41,275 nucleotides of DNA from an uncultured Methanosarcinales archaeon (lineage in GTDB: Archaea > Halobacteriota > Methanosarcinia > Methanosarcinales > CAZCCY01): positions 14,075 through 55,349 of the forward strand of contig CAZCCY010000002.1 in the NCBI GenBank assembly GCA_964497545.1, given 5' to 3'. The notes below the pieces were generated by a model that was given only the letters and a program-made list of their open reading frames with translations, searched no databases and was not told the origin of the DNA. Shown here piece by piece: positions 1 through 9,075 of the stretch (the first letter of the stretch is position 1; the number at the start of each line of letters is the position of its first letter). The position numbers and the translations under genes were made by a program.

Positions 1-196
1 AGTTTATGAGGGGTAAGCCAGGTAAAACCGCTAATATGCTTTACAGGAAATATCAGCAGAAGAGAGGACAGCTGGAATGGAAGAATACGGAATGTAAGAA
101 TATTCGGAGAAAGGTCACTGCAGGAAACCCCTGTAGTAGAAATGAAAATCCGTACAACAATGTAGATAGTATGACTTTGAGGGGAGTGGATGATAA

Positions 197-931
197 ATGC
201 TTTCAGTTGTGATTCCAGCATATAATGAAGGACATCACATCTATAACAATCTTCTTAGAGTCCACAACCAGCTTGAGGAATCCCGATGTGAACATGAGAT
301 AATAGTTGTAAATGACGGCAGCCGGGACTCAACCGCCGAGGAAGCGAAAAAAGCCCTGGAAGAAGTAGACGTAATTAAACTTGTCTCGTATTCAAAGAAC
401 ATGGGAAAAGGCTATGCAATCATTGAAGGGATTAAAAATTCCTCTCAGGAACTGGTAACCTTCCTTGACGGAGACCTGGATATCCCACCCGGCCAGATAA
501 AACTGCTGATAGACAAACTCTACGAAACCGGTGCAGACGTAGTAATACAGTCTAAAAGACACAAAAAAAGCATCATAGAAGGATACACCTTCAAAAGGAA
601 GTTTTTAAGTCTATCTTACAACCTCATAGTCAGGATGCTATTCAATCTACCGGTCTCAGACACCCAGGTAGGACTAAAACTATACAGGAGAGAGGTAATC
701 GACAAAATCCTCCCCAAACTCCTAGTCAAACGATACGCTGCAGACCTCGAACAGCTTGTACTAATCCGCAAATACGGATACAAAATCGCAGAATGCCCGG
801 TCCACATCAGATACAAACCCAATGGAGACACAATAGGAATCAGAGACATAGCCAGAATCGCATGGGATACGGCTGCTATCTACTACAGACTAAACATCAC
901 AAAATACTACGACAAGCCAACCCAGTTTTAA
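197..931 (+). CDS. Glycosyltransferase family 2 (dolichol-phosphate hexosyltransferase-like)
   Basis: SVVIPAYNE start, VVNDGSRD, NMGKGYA, FLDGDL (DxD) and DTQVGLKLY motifs typical of DPM1/DPG synthase-like GT2. Confidence 0.9.
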   Translation: MLSVVIPAYNEGHHIYNNLLRVHNQLEESRCEHEIIVVNDGSRDSTAEEAKKALEEVDVIKLVSYSKNMGKGYAIIEGIKNSSQELVTFLDGDLDIPPGQIKLLIDKLYETGADVVIQSKRHKKSIIEGYTFKRKFLSLSYNLIVRMLFNLPVSDTQVGLKLYRREVIDKILPKLLVKRYAADLEQLVLIRKYGYKIAECPVHIRYKPNGDTIGIRDIARIAWDTAAIYYRLNITKYYDKPTQF

Positions 932-1034
932 TCAACAGGTAAAATTTCCAGAAAACGGGGATTGCATCCCTTTGGTTATGCTTTGATTTCACATTATAGC
1001 AAAAAGCATAACCCTATAGAATAAAAAAAGACGT

Positions 1035-1078
1035 TAAAAAATAGAAGGGGAGAAAGGGGGGTGAGTTTCCCCCTTTTC
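1035..1078 (-). terminator. Putative terminator of the tetraheme cytochrome gene
   Basis: On the minus strand: aaggggaaa...tttctccccttc hairpin followed by T-runs directly after the stop. Confidence 0.5.
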
Positions 1079-1082
1079 AGTT

Positions 1083-1802
1083 TTACGGGTTGGCTGCGTC
1101 GAAGCCTGGCGGGTTAACTCCACCGATTGTTGGAGGAGCGGTTGTACCAGTGGTATCGCCAGTCTGGTTACCATAGGTTTCAATGTCAGCTGTGCCAGCA
1201 GCAGCGAAGTTGTCCACAGTCCAGACATGATTGTCATTTACTGTGGCATTCATTACCAGCATGTACCTGTGCTGCCAGTTGATGTCCACTGCCACGTGTG
1301 TGTGACAGCCGATACAGGCTTCGTTTGCACCCTTGAGCAGGTTTGTCTTATTGGCGGGGTCGTCTGCAGATGCTGAATTCACAAATGGCTTGTGTGCCTC
1401 AGCACTACCGTTGAAGATGCTTCTGGCATCGTTTCCTGGACCGGCAGCACCATGGCAGTCCAGACATGCTACAAGGGCTGCTGCATGGAAGTCTGCTGCT
1501 GCCCTCTCTGGATTAGTTCCAGCATTTTTTGTCCATGTCAGACCCTCATTGGTGGGTGCTGTTGACATGTGGCAGCCAAAGCAATCCTGACCCAGGTGAG
1601 CGCTGTTCACAGCTCCTGGCTGGCTGAGCTCCTCTGCAATGTCTGCATGGCATTTCTCACAGGGAATAGCGTTTCCGCTGCTTCCGCTTGTTATTGTATC
1701 GTAGAAGTTGTGCTGTCCTGCGAACAGTGCCATGGTCTGGGGCAGTGCGAACATTCCCACTGCCACTACTGCGAGTCCCAGAAGGACTATTTTATTACTC
1801 AT
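1083..1802 (-). CDS. Secreted tetraheme c-type cytochrome, archaeal extracellular cytochrome nanowire (AvECN-like) family
   Basis: Signal peptide; four CxxCH motifs (CEKCH, CFGCH, CLDCH, CIGCH); LFAGQHxFY, HAA, EAH and ANEACIGCHTHVAVDINW segments recalled from the Archaeoglobus/ANME tetraheme family. Confidence 0.8.
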   Translation of the reverse strand: MSNKIVLLGLAVVAVGMFALPQTMALFAGQHNFYDTITSGSSGNAIPCEKCHADIAEELSQPGAVNSAHLGQDCFGCHMSTAPTNEGLTWTKNAGTNPERAAADFHAAALVACLDCHGAAGPGNDARSIFNGSAEAHKPFVNSASADDPANKTNLLKGANEACIGCHTHVAVDINWQHRYMLVMNATVNDNHVWTVDNFAAAGTADIETYGNQTGDTTGTTAPPTIGGVNPPGFDAANP

Positions 1803-1953
1803 TTTTTATCTACCTCTTATCCTATCCATCTATTTATTTTATCCACCGGCTTTTGCCGGCTTCTCTATCCATCCTTTCCGTTTTTAAGGGAGAGATTATG
1901 CTTTCACTTCCTCTCCTTGTCTTTCCATCTAATATTACTTTTTCAGTTAATCG

Positions 1954-1967
1954 CATATAAGCATTTC
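1954..1967 (-). promoter_or_regulatory. BRE/TATA box candidate for the tetraheme cytochrome gene
   Basis: Minus strand gaaatg-cttatatg about 150 bp upstream of the ATG; gaggt RBS near 1811-1816. Confidence 0.5.
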
Positions 1968-2401
1968 TATTTCGGCTCGGTCCAGTTCAGGTTCTGGACA
2001 ACATAGCCTATTCTCTCTCCTTTTTTATTTACTACTATTATCGAGACGTGAAGAGTATCATTTGGAACCGGATACATTCCTTCCCTGAAACCCAGGGTGA
2101 GGTTGTATTTACCTGGGCCATTGTAGGGTGTGTATGCCCAGGGGCCAATGGAGGAACTTATATTTTTGTATTTAGTGACCCAGACCCTCCCTCCAATTGT
2201 AGGGAAGCTTTCTGCTAGCATTTCTTTGGGTCGTTTGATGTAGTCTATGGTTGCTGGTGTGATGGTGTATTCTTCTGCCCTGACAGTCCCGTTTGTTTCG
2301 TTGAGTAGCATTTCTACCTTGAGTATGGGCACCTTTTCCGTGGGATTTTTGATGCACCCGCTCAGAATAATTAACAGCAGTAAAATAACGGTTTTCTTCA
2401 T
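1967..2401 (-). CDS. Hypothetical lipoprotein
   Basis: MKKTVILLLLIILSGC lipobox; ATG at 2401 preceded by aggtga RBS. Confidence 0.75.
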   Translation of the reverse strand: MKKTVILLLLIILSGCIKNPTEKVPILKVEMLLNETNGTVRAEEYTITPATIDYIKRPKEMLAESFPTIGGRVWVTKYKNISSSIGPWAYTPYNGPGKYNLTLGFREGMYPVPNDTLHVSIIVVNKKGERIGYVVQNLNWTEPK

Positions 2402-2407
2402 TTTCAC

Positions 2408-3055
2408 CTATCCTATCAGTTTGATGAGGGCGTTAAATATCCTGCCTATCAACTGCCAGATGGTTAGGTATTCGGTTTCTGCTGGTATATTATTTTTTTC
2501 ATTTACGGTTCTTGGGACCAGGATTTCCTTGGGGATCTCTTTTTTTCCTTCCAGGTATTGTTCTCCGAATTTTCCGTGGCATGCCGGGCATTTCTTGGCC
2601 AGGTCGGTGTGGACTACGTGGGCTCCACCCTGGTGGCAGGAGAGACAGCTTGTGGTATTGGGTTTCATGAGGGTTCCGTTTTCTATTGGGTGACATTTTC
2701 CACATTTTACATTGGGCATCACCCGGTGGAAGTCCTGGGCTGTGAGCTTGTAGGGGTCGTTGCCCTTGTTTCCTACGTGGCAGCGGATGCAGGGCCTTGA
2801 GCCGTGGAGCCGGCTTATTTTTCCAATGTCGATTTCCAGTCCCCTGGGATTCTCAGGTCTGTTACCGTGACAATTATCACAATACTTTTCGATTTTTTTC
2901 GCTCCCTTCTCGCCGAGGAGGTTGTAGTGGCATTGGATGCATAGCCATCCTGGATGGGATGGGTCTGCCAGGCCGTCTTTCACCTCTGGCAGCTCATATG
3001 CATATGCTACAGATGTCAGCAAGAGCAGTGTCAGCAGGGAGAGGAGGGTTTTCAT
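2408..3055 (-). CDS. Secreted hexaheme c-type cytochrome
   Basis: Signal peptide; six CxxCH motifs (CIQCH, CDNCH, CIRCH, CGKCH, CLSCH, CPACH); amphipathic C-terminal helix. Confidence 0.88.
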   Translation of the reverse strand: MKTLLSLLTLLLLTSVAYAYELPEVKDGLADPSHPGWLCIQCHYNLLGEKGAKKIEKYCDNCHGNRPENPRGLEIDIGKISRLHGSRPCIRCHVGNKGNDPYKLTAQDFHRVMPNVKCGKCHPIENGTLMKPNTTSCLSCHQGGAHVVHTDLAKKCPACHGKFGEQYLEGKKEIPKEILVPRTVNEKNNIPAETEYLTIWQLIGRIFNALIKLIG

Positions 3056-3101
3056 TTTTACTTTATTGTTTTTGTTTCTTTGTAGCTATTTATTATTTCT
3101 T

Positions 3102-4715
3102 TCACCTATCTAATTTTAATTTTATTAGAATATAAACTATGGCCAGGGTCAGTGGTAGGCTGAAGCCTGGGGTTTCTTTGGGGGGCTGTGGCTGTTCCGG
3201 GGGTGGCTGTCCTGGCGGGGAAGGGGTGGAGAGAAGTGGGGTTTCTCTTGGTCTCGGGGTTATGGTTAGGGGGTGTTCTTTTCTCAGCACCCGGATGGTT
3301 GCTTTGTTGGTGGTTTTTTTGTGGTAGTAGCGGGATTGGCGGTAGCCAGGGGTGTAGTGGGGTTTGTCTATTATTTCTAGTTGTGCCGGGGGTAGGTTGT
3401 AGGTTCCGGTCTGGTTGAACTGGAGGGTGTAGGTCAGGGTGCGGGGTTCTTCTGGGTAGAGGATGCCGCTCCAGTTGGGGCTTCCGGTTTTGAGGGTGGC
3501 ATTGGATGGTAGGGTGTCTTTGACTGTTACCACTGCGGCCAGGTCTCCTGAGTTTTTCAGGGTCAGGGTGATGGTGGCGGTCTCGCCCTGTGTGAGCTGT
3601 TTTGGGTCTGCTTTTTTGACTGCTGTGACCTCTGGGCCGCTTACTATTATTTTTGGGGTGTTTGACCTGAGGGTGTAGTTCACCCCCTGGAGTTGCCATC
3701 TCAGAGTGGCGGGTGGGGTGAGGATGGTGCCAGGGGGCCTGGGTTTCACCTGGTATGTGATGCTCTTTTGTCCCCCGGGTGGGAGGGTGAGGTTCCAGGT
3801 GAGGGTTGTGTTGCCCTGGAGGTCGGGTGGCAGGGTGTCTGTCAGGGTTGCATGGGGGATGGGGATGCTTCCGTTGTTTCTGGCTGTGATGGTGATGTAT
3901 GCTGTGTCGCCGAGGTAGATTTTCTCGGAGGCGTATTTCACAAGCTCAACGCGGTGGGCGGGTAGGATGTGGGCGGTTGTTTTGTCGGTTTTCTCGTATT
4001 TTTCTCCCAGGACATCTTCGCCCCAGGCGCGGGCTGTAATCAGGTAGCTCTGCCCTGTCAGATTTGAGGGGGCTTTGAACCTTATCTGGTAGATGGGGGA
4101 GGATTCTCCTGCCTCCAGCTCGTGGAGGTCGAAAATAATTCTGTCCCCGGCAAAACCCCATCTGCCCTCTGGCATCTCCCGGAGGGGGAGGGTTGAGTTC
4201 ACCTCTAGGAAGGCCCTTTTTAGGATGGCTCTTCCGGTGTTCACAACCGAGGCATTAACCGTGATGGTGTCACCCGGGGTGTATTCCTCCTGGTCGGTGA
4301 AGACCGTCACCCTTATGCCAGGTCTGCCCCGCACCCTCACCCTGATTTTAACCCAGGTGTCAGCCTCCACAATCCCGCTTCCAAACACAGGCTCGGTGTA
4401 GTTAACCTTGACCAGGGTGATATTCAGGATATTGTTGAAGACCGAGACATCTCCAGCCCCCATCACAGCCTCGAACACCCTATCCCCCTTCTTATCGTAG
4501 ATGGAGATGAAGGCTGATTGGTTTAAAATGTCTGTAGCCTCGATGGTGTAGCCCTCTCTTTCCAGGGTGTCGCCCATGTGGAGTATGGATGTCCGGGGGT
4601 TCACCCATTCAATGTCTGAATACAGCGATTGAACTGGAATCGGCAAGAGCAGGAACAGAACGACAAAGAGGATACACCCTCTCTTTTCAAGCCTCTCTTT
4701 CATTCTCAGGTTCAC
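3102..4715 (-). CDS. Cell-surface protein with DUF11/BatD-like Ig repeats and PGF-CTERM sorting signal
   Basis: Signal peptide, repeated T-ITxTxxNxG...xDTLP modules, Pro-rich linker, C-terminal TPGF + hydrophobic + basic tail (archaeosortase A substrate); start may be 4703. Confidence 0.8.
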   Translation of the reverse strand: MNLRMKERLEKRGCILFVVLFLLLPIPVQSLYSDIEWVNPRTSILHMGDTLEREGYTIEATDILNQSAFISIYDKKGDRVFEAVMGAGDVSVFNNILNITLVKVNYTEPVFGSGIVEADTWVKIRVRVRGRPGIRVTVFTDQEEYTPGDTITVNASVVNTGRAILKRAFLEVNSTLPLREMPEGRWGFAGDRIIFDLHELEAGESSPIYQIRFKAPSNLTGQSYLITARAWGEDVLGEKYEKTDKTTAHILPAHRVELVKYASEKIYLGDTAYITITARNNGSIPIPHATLTDTLPPDLQGNTTLTWNLTLPPGGQKSITYQVKPRPPGTILTPPATLRWQLQGVNYTLRSNTPKIIVSGPEVTAVKKADPKQLTQGETATITLTLKNSGDLAAVVTVKDTLPSNATLKTGSPNWSGILYPEEPRTLTYTLQFNQTGTYNLPPAQLEIIDKPHYTPGYRQSRYYHKKTTNKATIRVLRKEHPLTITPRPRETPLLSTPSPPGQPPPEQPQPPKETPGFSLPLTLAIVYILIKLKLDR

Positions 4716-6882
4716 CCATGTTTATCTGGATTATTCCTCCGCTTGTCACCTCGTCTTCGCTGACAGATACAGATATTAACTGGTTGTTTAATTTCATTTC
4801 GTAGCCTGCTGTGGTGGGGTAGGGTACTGTGAAATTGAAATCTCCTCTGCTGTCAGCTTTTGTGGCCTGGAGGTAGGTGAGTCTCCGGCCCTGGTTTGTC
4901 AGAATCTGGAGGGTCAGGTTCACCTGGCTTCCTGGCAGGGTTTTTCCTTTTATTTTTGCACCTGGGACATACTCGAAGATTTTAATGTAAGGCACAGGCC
5001 TGTTCAATAACGGGTCATAGGCTAAACTGCGGGTCTCGTAGACCAGCCGGTAATGCTGTAGCCCTCTGCCGTCCAGGAGATAGAGCCTTGCATACATTGT
5101 CCTGAGATACCTCCTACCTGGCAGGCCGCTGGGGTCCAGATAGTCCCGGAAGCTCTGGCCCAGGGTGGAGACTATGGCAGGGAAGGTGCCGGAGAGGGTG
5201 AGGATGTTCCCTTCACTGCGAATGTTGAGACCCATCTTGTGGTCCAGGATAACATATCTTGCCCGGTGGCGGTCCATTAACCGGTTTGCGTTTGTCTCGT
5301 TCTCTGAGGTGAGGAACTCTGCAGACTCTTTCAGGCCGAGCTGGAAGTTGTTGGCCACTACCGGCCGTTTTGAGAGGTATTCAATCCAGTGGCCATAGTC
5401 CCACCAGTTCATGACACCATACTCAGGTGGGTAGCCGGGCGTGTTGAAACTGCTGGTGGCCGGGGTGGCTCTTTCCAGCCAGGAGAGGGCTTCCAGCCAG
5501 TCAGAATTGGGCCGGGGAGGGTTTTCTGCAAGAGCGAGGTCTATCTGGAAGCTTGAAACCCCAACAAGGACAAGAACCACCACAGGGATAGCATTAGACC
5601 TTGTGAGCCGGTTGAAAATTGTGAGCTGGTATAGGAGGTATCCTGTGAGGATTGCCAGGTTAACCGAGAGGAGATAGGCAAACCGCCGCTGTAAAATGGC
5701 GAGAGTGAAATTTACAAGCGTCCAGACCAGAAAGAAAACCTCGCTCGAGGATGCCTTTTTCTTGTACAAGAGGAGTGCTAGACCTGCCAGGGCGGTGTAG
5801 AAAGTCAGGGCAAAGGCGTTCCACACTGGTCGCAGGGTGAACTCGCCAAAAAAAGTGTAAAACATGGGTAGAGACTCGCTTATCTGCTGTATCGCCCTGT
5901 CCTGGCGGAGGAGGAAGGAAACACCCCCCTCCCCACTGGAAAGCCAGAGAAAACCAGCCACCCCGAGTATTCCGGCTGCCACGAGATAGAGAGGTCTGGC
6001 CCTGGAAACGGTGTAAATCAGGAGATATGCCAGCAGGTTTACCAGGAGGAAGATCACCTGGAACCAGGAGAGAAAGTTCTGGGAGACCTCTGGAGTCCAG
6101 GGCACCCCGGCAAGATATGCCAGGAGGAGCAGGTCCAGGCTTACCAGGATAGAAATTATGCCTGTAACAGCAAGCGGCCTGGAAGACACACCCCTGCGGG
6201 AGTTAACCGTGAACTGGATGAAAGAATAGACCAGGAGGATGCCAATGAAGATGGGAGCCCCAAGCCAGGTTAAAAGAGAGACAGCAATCAGAACACCGGT
6301 GGAAACCGTGAAAAAGAGGAAACGCCTGTTTTCAGCGAAACTGGCAAGACCAATGTTTTCACCACATTTTAGGGCTTTTAGAAAAGAGAGGTAAATCAAC
6401 ACTGAGAAGAGAACCTCGCTGATATGGTGGTCGGTGAAACCCAGAAACGAGATCTGGACATGGATAGGGGAAAGTGCAAGCACAAAAACCGCGAAAAGAC
6501 TGGCAATCTCACCGAAAATCTCCCGCCCTATAAGATATACCGCGACAAGAGACAGAAGCCCCAGGAGCACCGGGAAATAGGCTCCTACATATTCCACCGT
6601 CCGGGAGCTGGGATTTCCAAGGCCCACCAGGAAAGAGACCGTGGAGATTGCTAGGTCATAGAGTGGCGGCCAGTTAACCGGCGCCCCAGCCGGATAGTTC
6701 ATATAGGAATCTGAGGCCAGCAGTGAAGGAAAAACAGCCACCCTCCGCATGTGATAATAGGGGTCAGCCCCAAGAAAAACAATCCTGTCGCCAGAGAACA
6801 CAGCAGGAAACGTCAAAAGCCTGACACCATAGCCCATAAGAACAATAAGCAGAACAGCCAGAACTTTTTTGTCCCTATCCAT
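4687..6882 (-). CDS. aglB: Oligosaccharyltransferase AglB (STT3 family)
   Basis: DPYYH, DHH, QRRF and WWDYG motifs; multi-TM N-terminus with soluble C-terminal domain. Confidence 0.95.
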   Translation of the reverse strand: MDRDKKVLAVLLIVLMGYGVRLLTFPAVFSGDRIVFLGADPYYHMRRVAVFPSLLASDSYMNYPAGAPVNWPPLYDLAISTVSFLVGLGNPSSRTVEYVGAYFPVLLGLLSLVAVYLIGREIFGEIASLFAVFVLALSPIHVQISFLGFTDHHISEVLFSVLIYLSFLKALKCGENIGLASFAENRRFLFFTVSTGVLIAVSLLTWLGAPIFIGILLVYSFIQFTVNSRRGVSSRPLAVTGIISILVSLDLLLLAYLAGVPWTPEVSQNFLSWFQVIFLLVNLLAYLLIYTVSRARPLYLVAAGILGVAGFLWLSSGEGGVSFLLRQDRAIQQISESLPMFYTFFGEFTLRPVWNAFALTFYTALAGLALLLYKKKASSSEVFFLVWTLVNFTLAILQRRFAYLLSVNLAILTGYLLYQLTIFNRLTRSNAIPVVVLVLVGVSSFQIDLALAENPPRPNSDWLEALSWLERATPATSSFNTPGYPPEYGVMNWWDYGHWIEYLSKRPVVANNFQLGLKESAEFLTSENETNANRLMDRHRARYVILDHKMGLNIRSEGNILTLSGTFPAIVSTLGQSFRDYLDPSGLPGRRYLRTMYARLYLLDGRGLQHYRLVYETRSLAYDPLLNRPVPYIKIFEYVPGAKIKGKTLPGSQVNLTLQILTNQGRRLTYLQATKADSRGDFNFTVPYPTTAGYEMKLNNQLISVSVSEDEVTSGGIIQINMGEPENEREA

Positions 6883-6997
6883 GTCTCAGACTTTCATTTT
6901 AATTTTTATTGTATCTAAACCTATCCTGCCTGCAGGTGTTACAGGGGGTGTCAAACTTAACCTGGAGGAGGAGCGGTGTATTGAATAAAAACAATTT

Positions 6998-8176
6998 TTA
7001 TTTCGATGGAAGTTCTTCCAGAATTGATTGGGCACTGGCTATCAATGTTTCCCTTTCTTCTCTGGTTGCCAGGCGTGCCCCCTCTGCGAGGTTGGAGGTG
7101 ATTACCTGGTATCTTCCCTGGAGGGTCTCTTCGGCTTTTGATTTTATTTTGTCTAGGTTTTCGGGTGTTGTGAGTATGGCTATGGAGGGGCCGGTGTCGA
7201 TGGAGTAATATGCTGGGATGTTTTGTTTTTTAAGTTCATCAGCCATTTGCATCAGGGCGATTGTCTCGGGTTCCCAGGCTATAATACCGCTGGGGCCTGT
7301 CATCATGACAGCACGTAGCATCCTTGTATCTTCTTCTGCAATTCTCCCTATTTCATCGATATTTCTACTTTCGATGGCTTTGATTAGGTCTAATACGCGT
7401 TTGGGTTTCAGTGAGGCCCATTTCTCATAAAAAGGAGATAATAGGGCTTCATCGTGGACTTTCTCTGTTTTCAGTTTCATTGGCATGGGTATCACAGCCA
7501 GTTTCAGGGGGAGGGTGCCGTCGTCGATTCTTACTGCGTAGCATTCCTTGTGTTCTATTTCTGGGTGGGAGAGCCAGAGGGAGATTCCGCCTGTGGCAGA
7601 GCGGGTTGCCGAGCCGCTAAGCAGCCTTGCATAGATTGAGACAAGTCTCTTGTTGTTGCCGATGGCCTCTCCAAAAGCTGCGGTAATCAATGCCTTGGAG
7701 AGTGCACCGCCTCCCGAGGAAGAGGTGCCCAGCCCTTTACCAGTACCCTCTTTAAAATAGTTTTTAGAAACTACAAGTATCTTTGTTTTAATGCCGGTAG
7801 CTATTCTAAACGCATCTACCATCTGCATTACTCTTTCCCTTGCCCTTCCCTCTTCTTTCCTGCCATCTATGATGACAACGTCTTCCTTGAGTCCAGGATC
7901 GAATTTGACGTGGGTGACGGTTTTGAGCGAGTCATGGCAGAGGGATATTGAGGGAAAATAGGCTATTCTTAGATTGTTATCAACCATTCCCAGGTATTTC
8001 TGGATTCCGAGTATGGGGTAGGCGACTGAGGTGGCTTCTCCCTCTACCTCTGTCTTTTTGGGCAGGCTAGGTAATTTTTCGTTCAGGTATCCTTTTTCAC
8101 AGAGGTATCTGATAATCTCTTCTGTCCCGTTCTCGATTCTGGTTATTGTCTCTCTGCTGATGTTTTCTCCTGTCAT
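6998..8176 (-). CDS. Diphosphomevalonate decarboxylase family protein, probably mevalonate 3,5-bisphosphate decarboxylase
   Basis: AYPILGIQKYLG...PSISL, GLGTSSSGG GHMP loop, ARLLSGSATRS, catalytic Asp in SIDTGPS; about 45 aa N-terminal extension; operon context. Confidence 0.75.
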   Translation of the reverse strand: MTGENISRETITRIENGTEEIIRYLCEKGYLNEKLPSLPKKTEVEGEATSVAYPILGIQKYLGMVDNNLRIAYFPSISLCHDSLKTVTHVKFDPGLKEDVVIIDGRKEEGRARERVMQMVDAFRIATGIKTKILVVSKNYFKEGTGKGLGTSSSGGGALSKALITAAFGEAIGNNKRLVSIYARLLSGSATRSATGGISLWLSHPEIEHKECYAVRIDDGTLPLKLAVIPMPMKLKTEKVHDEALLSPFYEKWASLKPKRVLDLIKAIESRNIDEIGRIAEEDTRMLRAVMMTGPSGIIAWEPETIALMQMADELKKQNIPAYYSIDTGPSIAILTTPENLDKIKSKAEETLQGRYQVITSNLAEGARLATREERETLIASAQSILEELPSK

Positions 8177-9075
8177 TAAATTGTATTGAAGTCTGTCCGT
8201 TCTTTTTCAAGGTTTTCAACCAGGGATGGTTGCCCTATCCCGCTTTCACCCAGCTCAACAAGTCTCTTTATCCTCTCAAATATAATGTCCAGTATCCTAT
8301 CAAATGCACTTTCCCCCTCATCAGTGCTTATGACAGGTATGCTATATCTCCTAGCTTGTTCACACTGGTAGTCCTGTATTATCCTGTATATGTCCAGCAC
8401 ATCCAGGAGCCTCCTGGCCCCCCCTTTCAGGTGGGTTTTCCTGACCCTGTTTTTTATTCTCTCCCGATGTATTTCCTCTGAATCCAGCCTCAGCACCACA
8501 GGTATCACGCTAGGGTGATTCAACACCTCGATGTTGAATTGTTGCGGGAGGAAGTGGAGATACTCATAGACCATGGACTCCCCATCCCTTATGCCCCGGT
8601 CCACCACAACTCGCTCCATGGCTCTGTTCATTATTTCTGCCTGGGCCTCAAACCCTTTTATTATATTCTCCTCAGTCAGTTCTCCAAAAAATTTCCAGGA
8701 ACTGTAAACCGAGGAGAAAAAGAAAGGGTTCTCCTTTTTAGAGACAAAAGCCCGCAGCGCAGCTCTGAAAGCATCTCCACCCATGACATTCCCAATTCCC
8801 AGAGAGGTCGCCACCTCTCTCGCCATGGTTGTTTTACCCACTCCAGGCACAGCCGCGAATAAGGGTAATATCGGCTCCCTGAGACGCCCCGACCCTGTCA
8901 GCTCCCGGTATTCCCTGTAGGTCAAATACCTCTCATAATATTTCTCTCCTTTATTTTTCAGCCAGGATTCAAAACCCTGGGGAGATAAACCTTTGAGGGG
9001 GGAAATCAACTCCCCGATTTCCCGGAGGCTCAAACCGGTAGCCAGCAAAAGGCTGTATTCATCATCATATATCAT
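8176..9075 (-). CDS. 2-phosphoglycerate-kinase-like P-loop kinase, probably mevalonate-3-phosphate 5-kinase
   Basis: Walker A-like AVPGVGKT, GGDAFRAALR, EYLHFLP, IQDY motifs of the 2-PG kinase family; translationally coupled between two MVA decarboxylase-family genes. Confidence 0.7.
   Translation of the reverse strand: MIYDDEYSLLLATGLSLREIGELISPLKGLSPQGFESWLKNKGEKYYERYLTYREYRELTGSGRLREPILPLFAAVPGVGKTTMAREVATSLGIGNVMGGDAFRAALRAFVSKKENPFFFSSVYSSWKFFGELTEENIIKGFEAQAEIMNRAMERVVVDRGIRDGESMVYEYLHFLPQQFNIEVLNHPSVIPVVLRLDSEEIHRERIKNRVRKTHLKGGARRLLDVLDIYRIIQDYQCEQARRYSIPVISTDEGESAFDRILDIIFERIKRLVELGESGIGQPSLVENLEKERTDFNTI

Noticed and set aside
6-212. 68-aa ORF at the window start
   Set aside because: No recognisable motif, overlaps the GT2 start, and cannot be judged at the window edge.
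1967-3055. In-frame TAG between the hexaheme cytochrome and the lipoprotein (possible pyrrolysine read-through fusion)
   Set aside because: The taggtga junction is the RBS of the downstream gene, which has its own signal peptide and lipobox.
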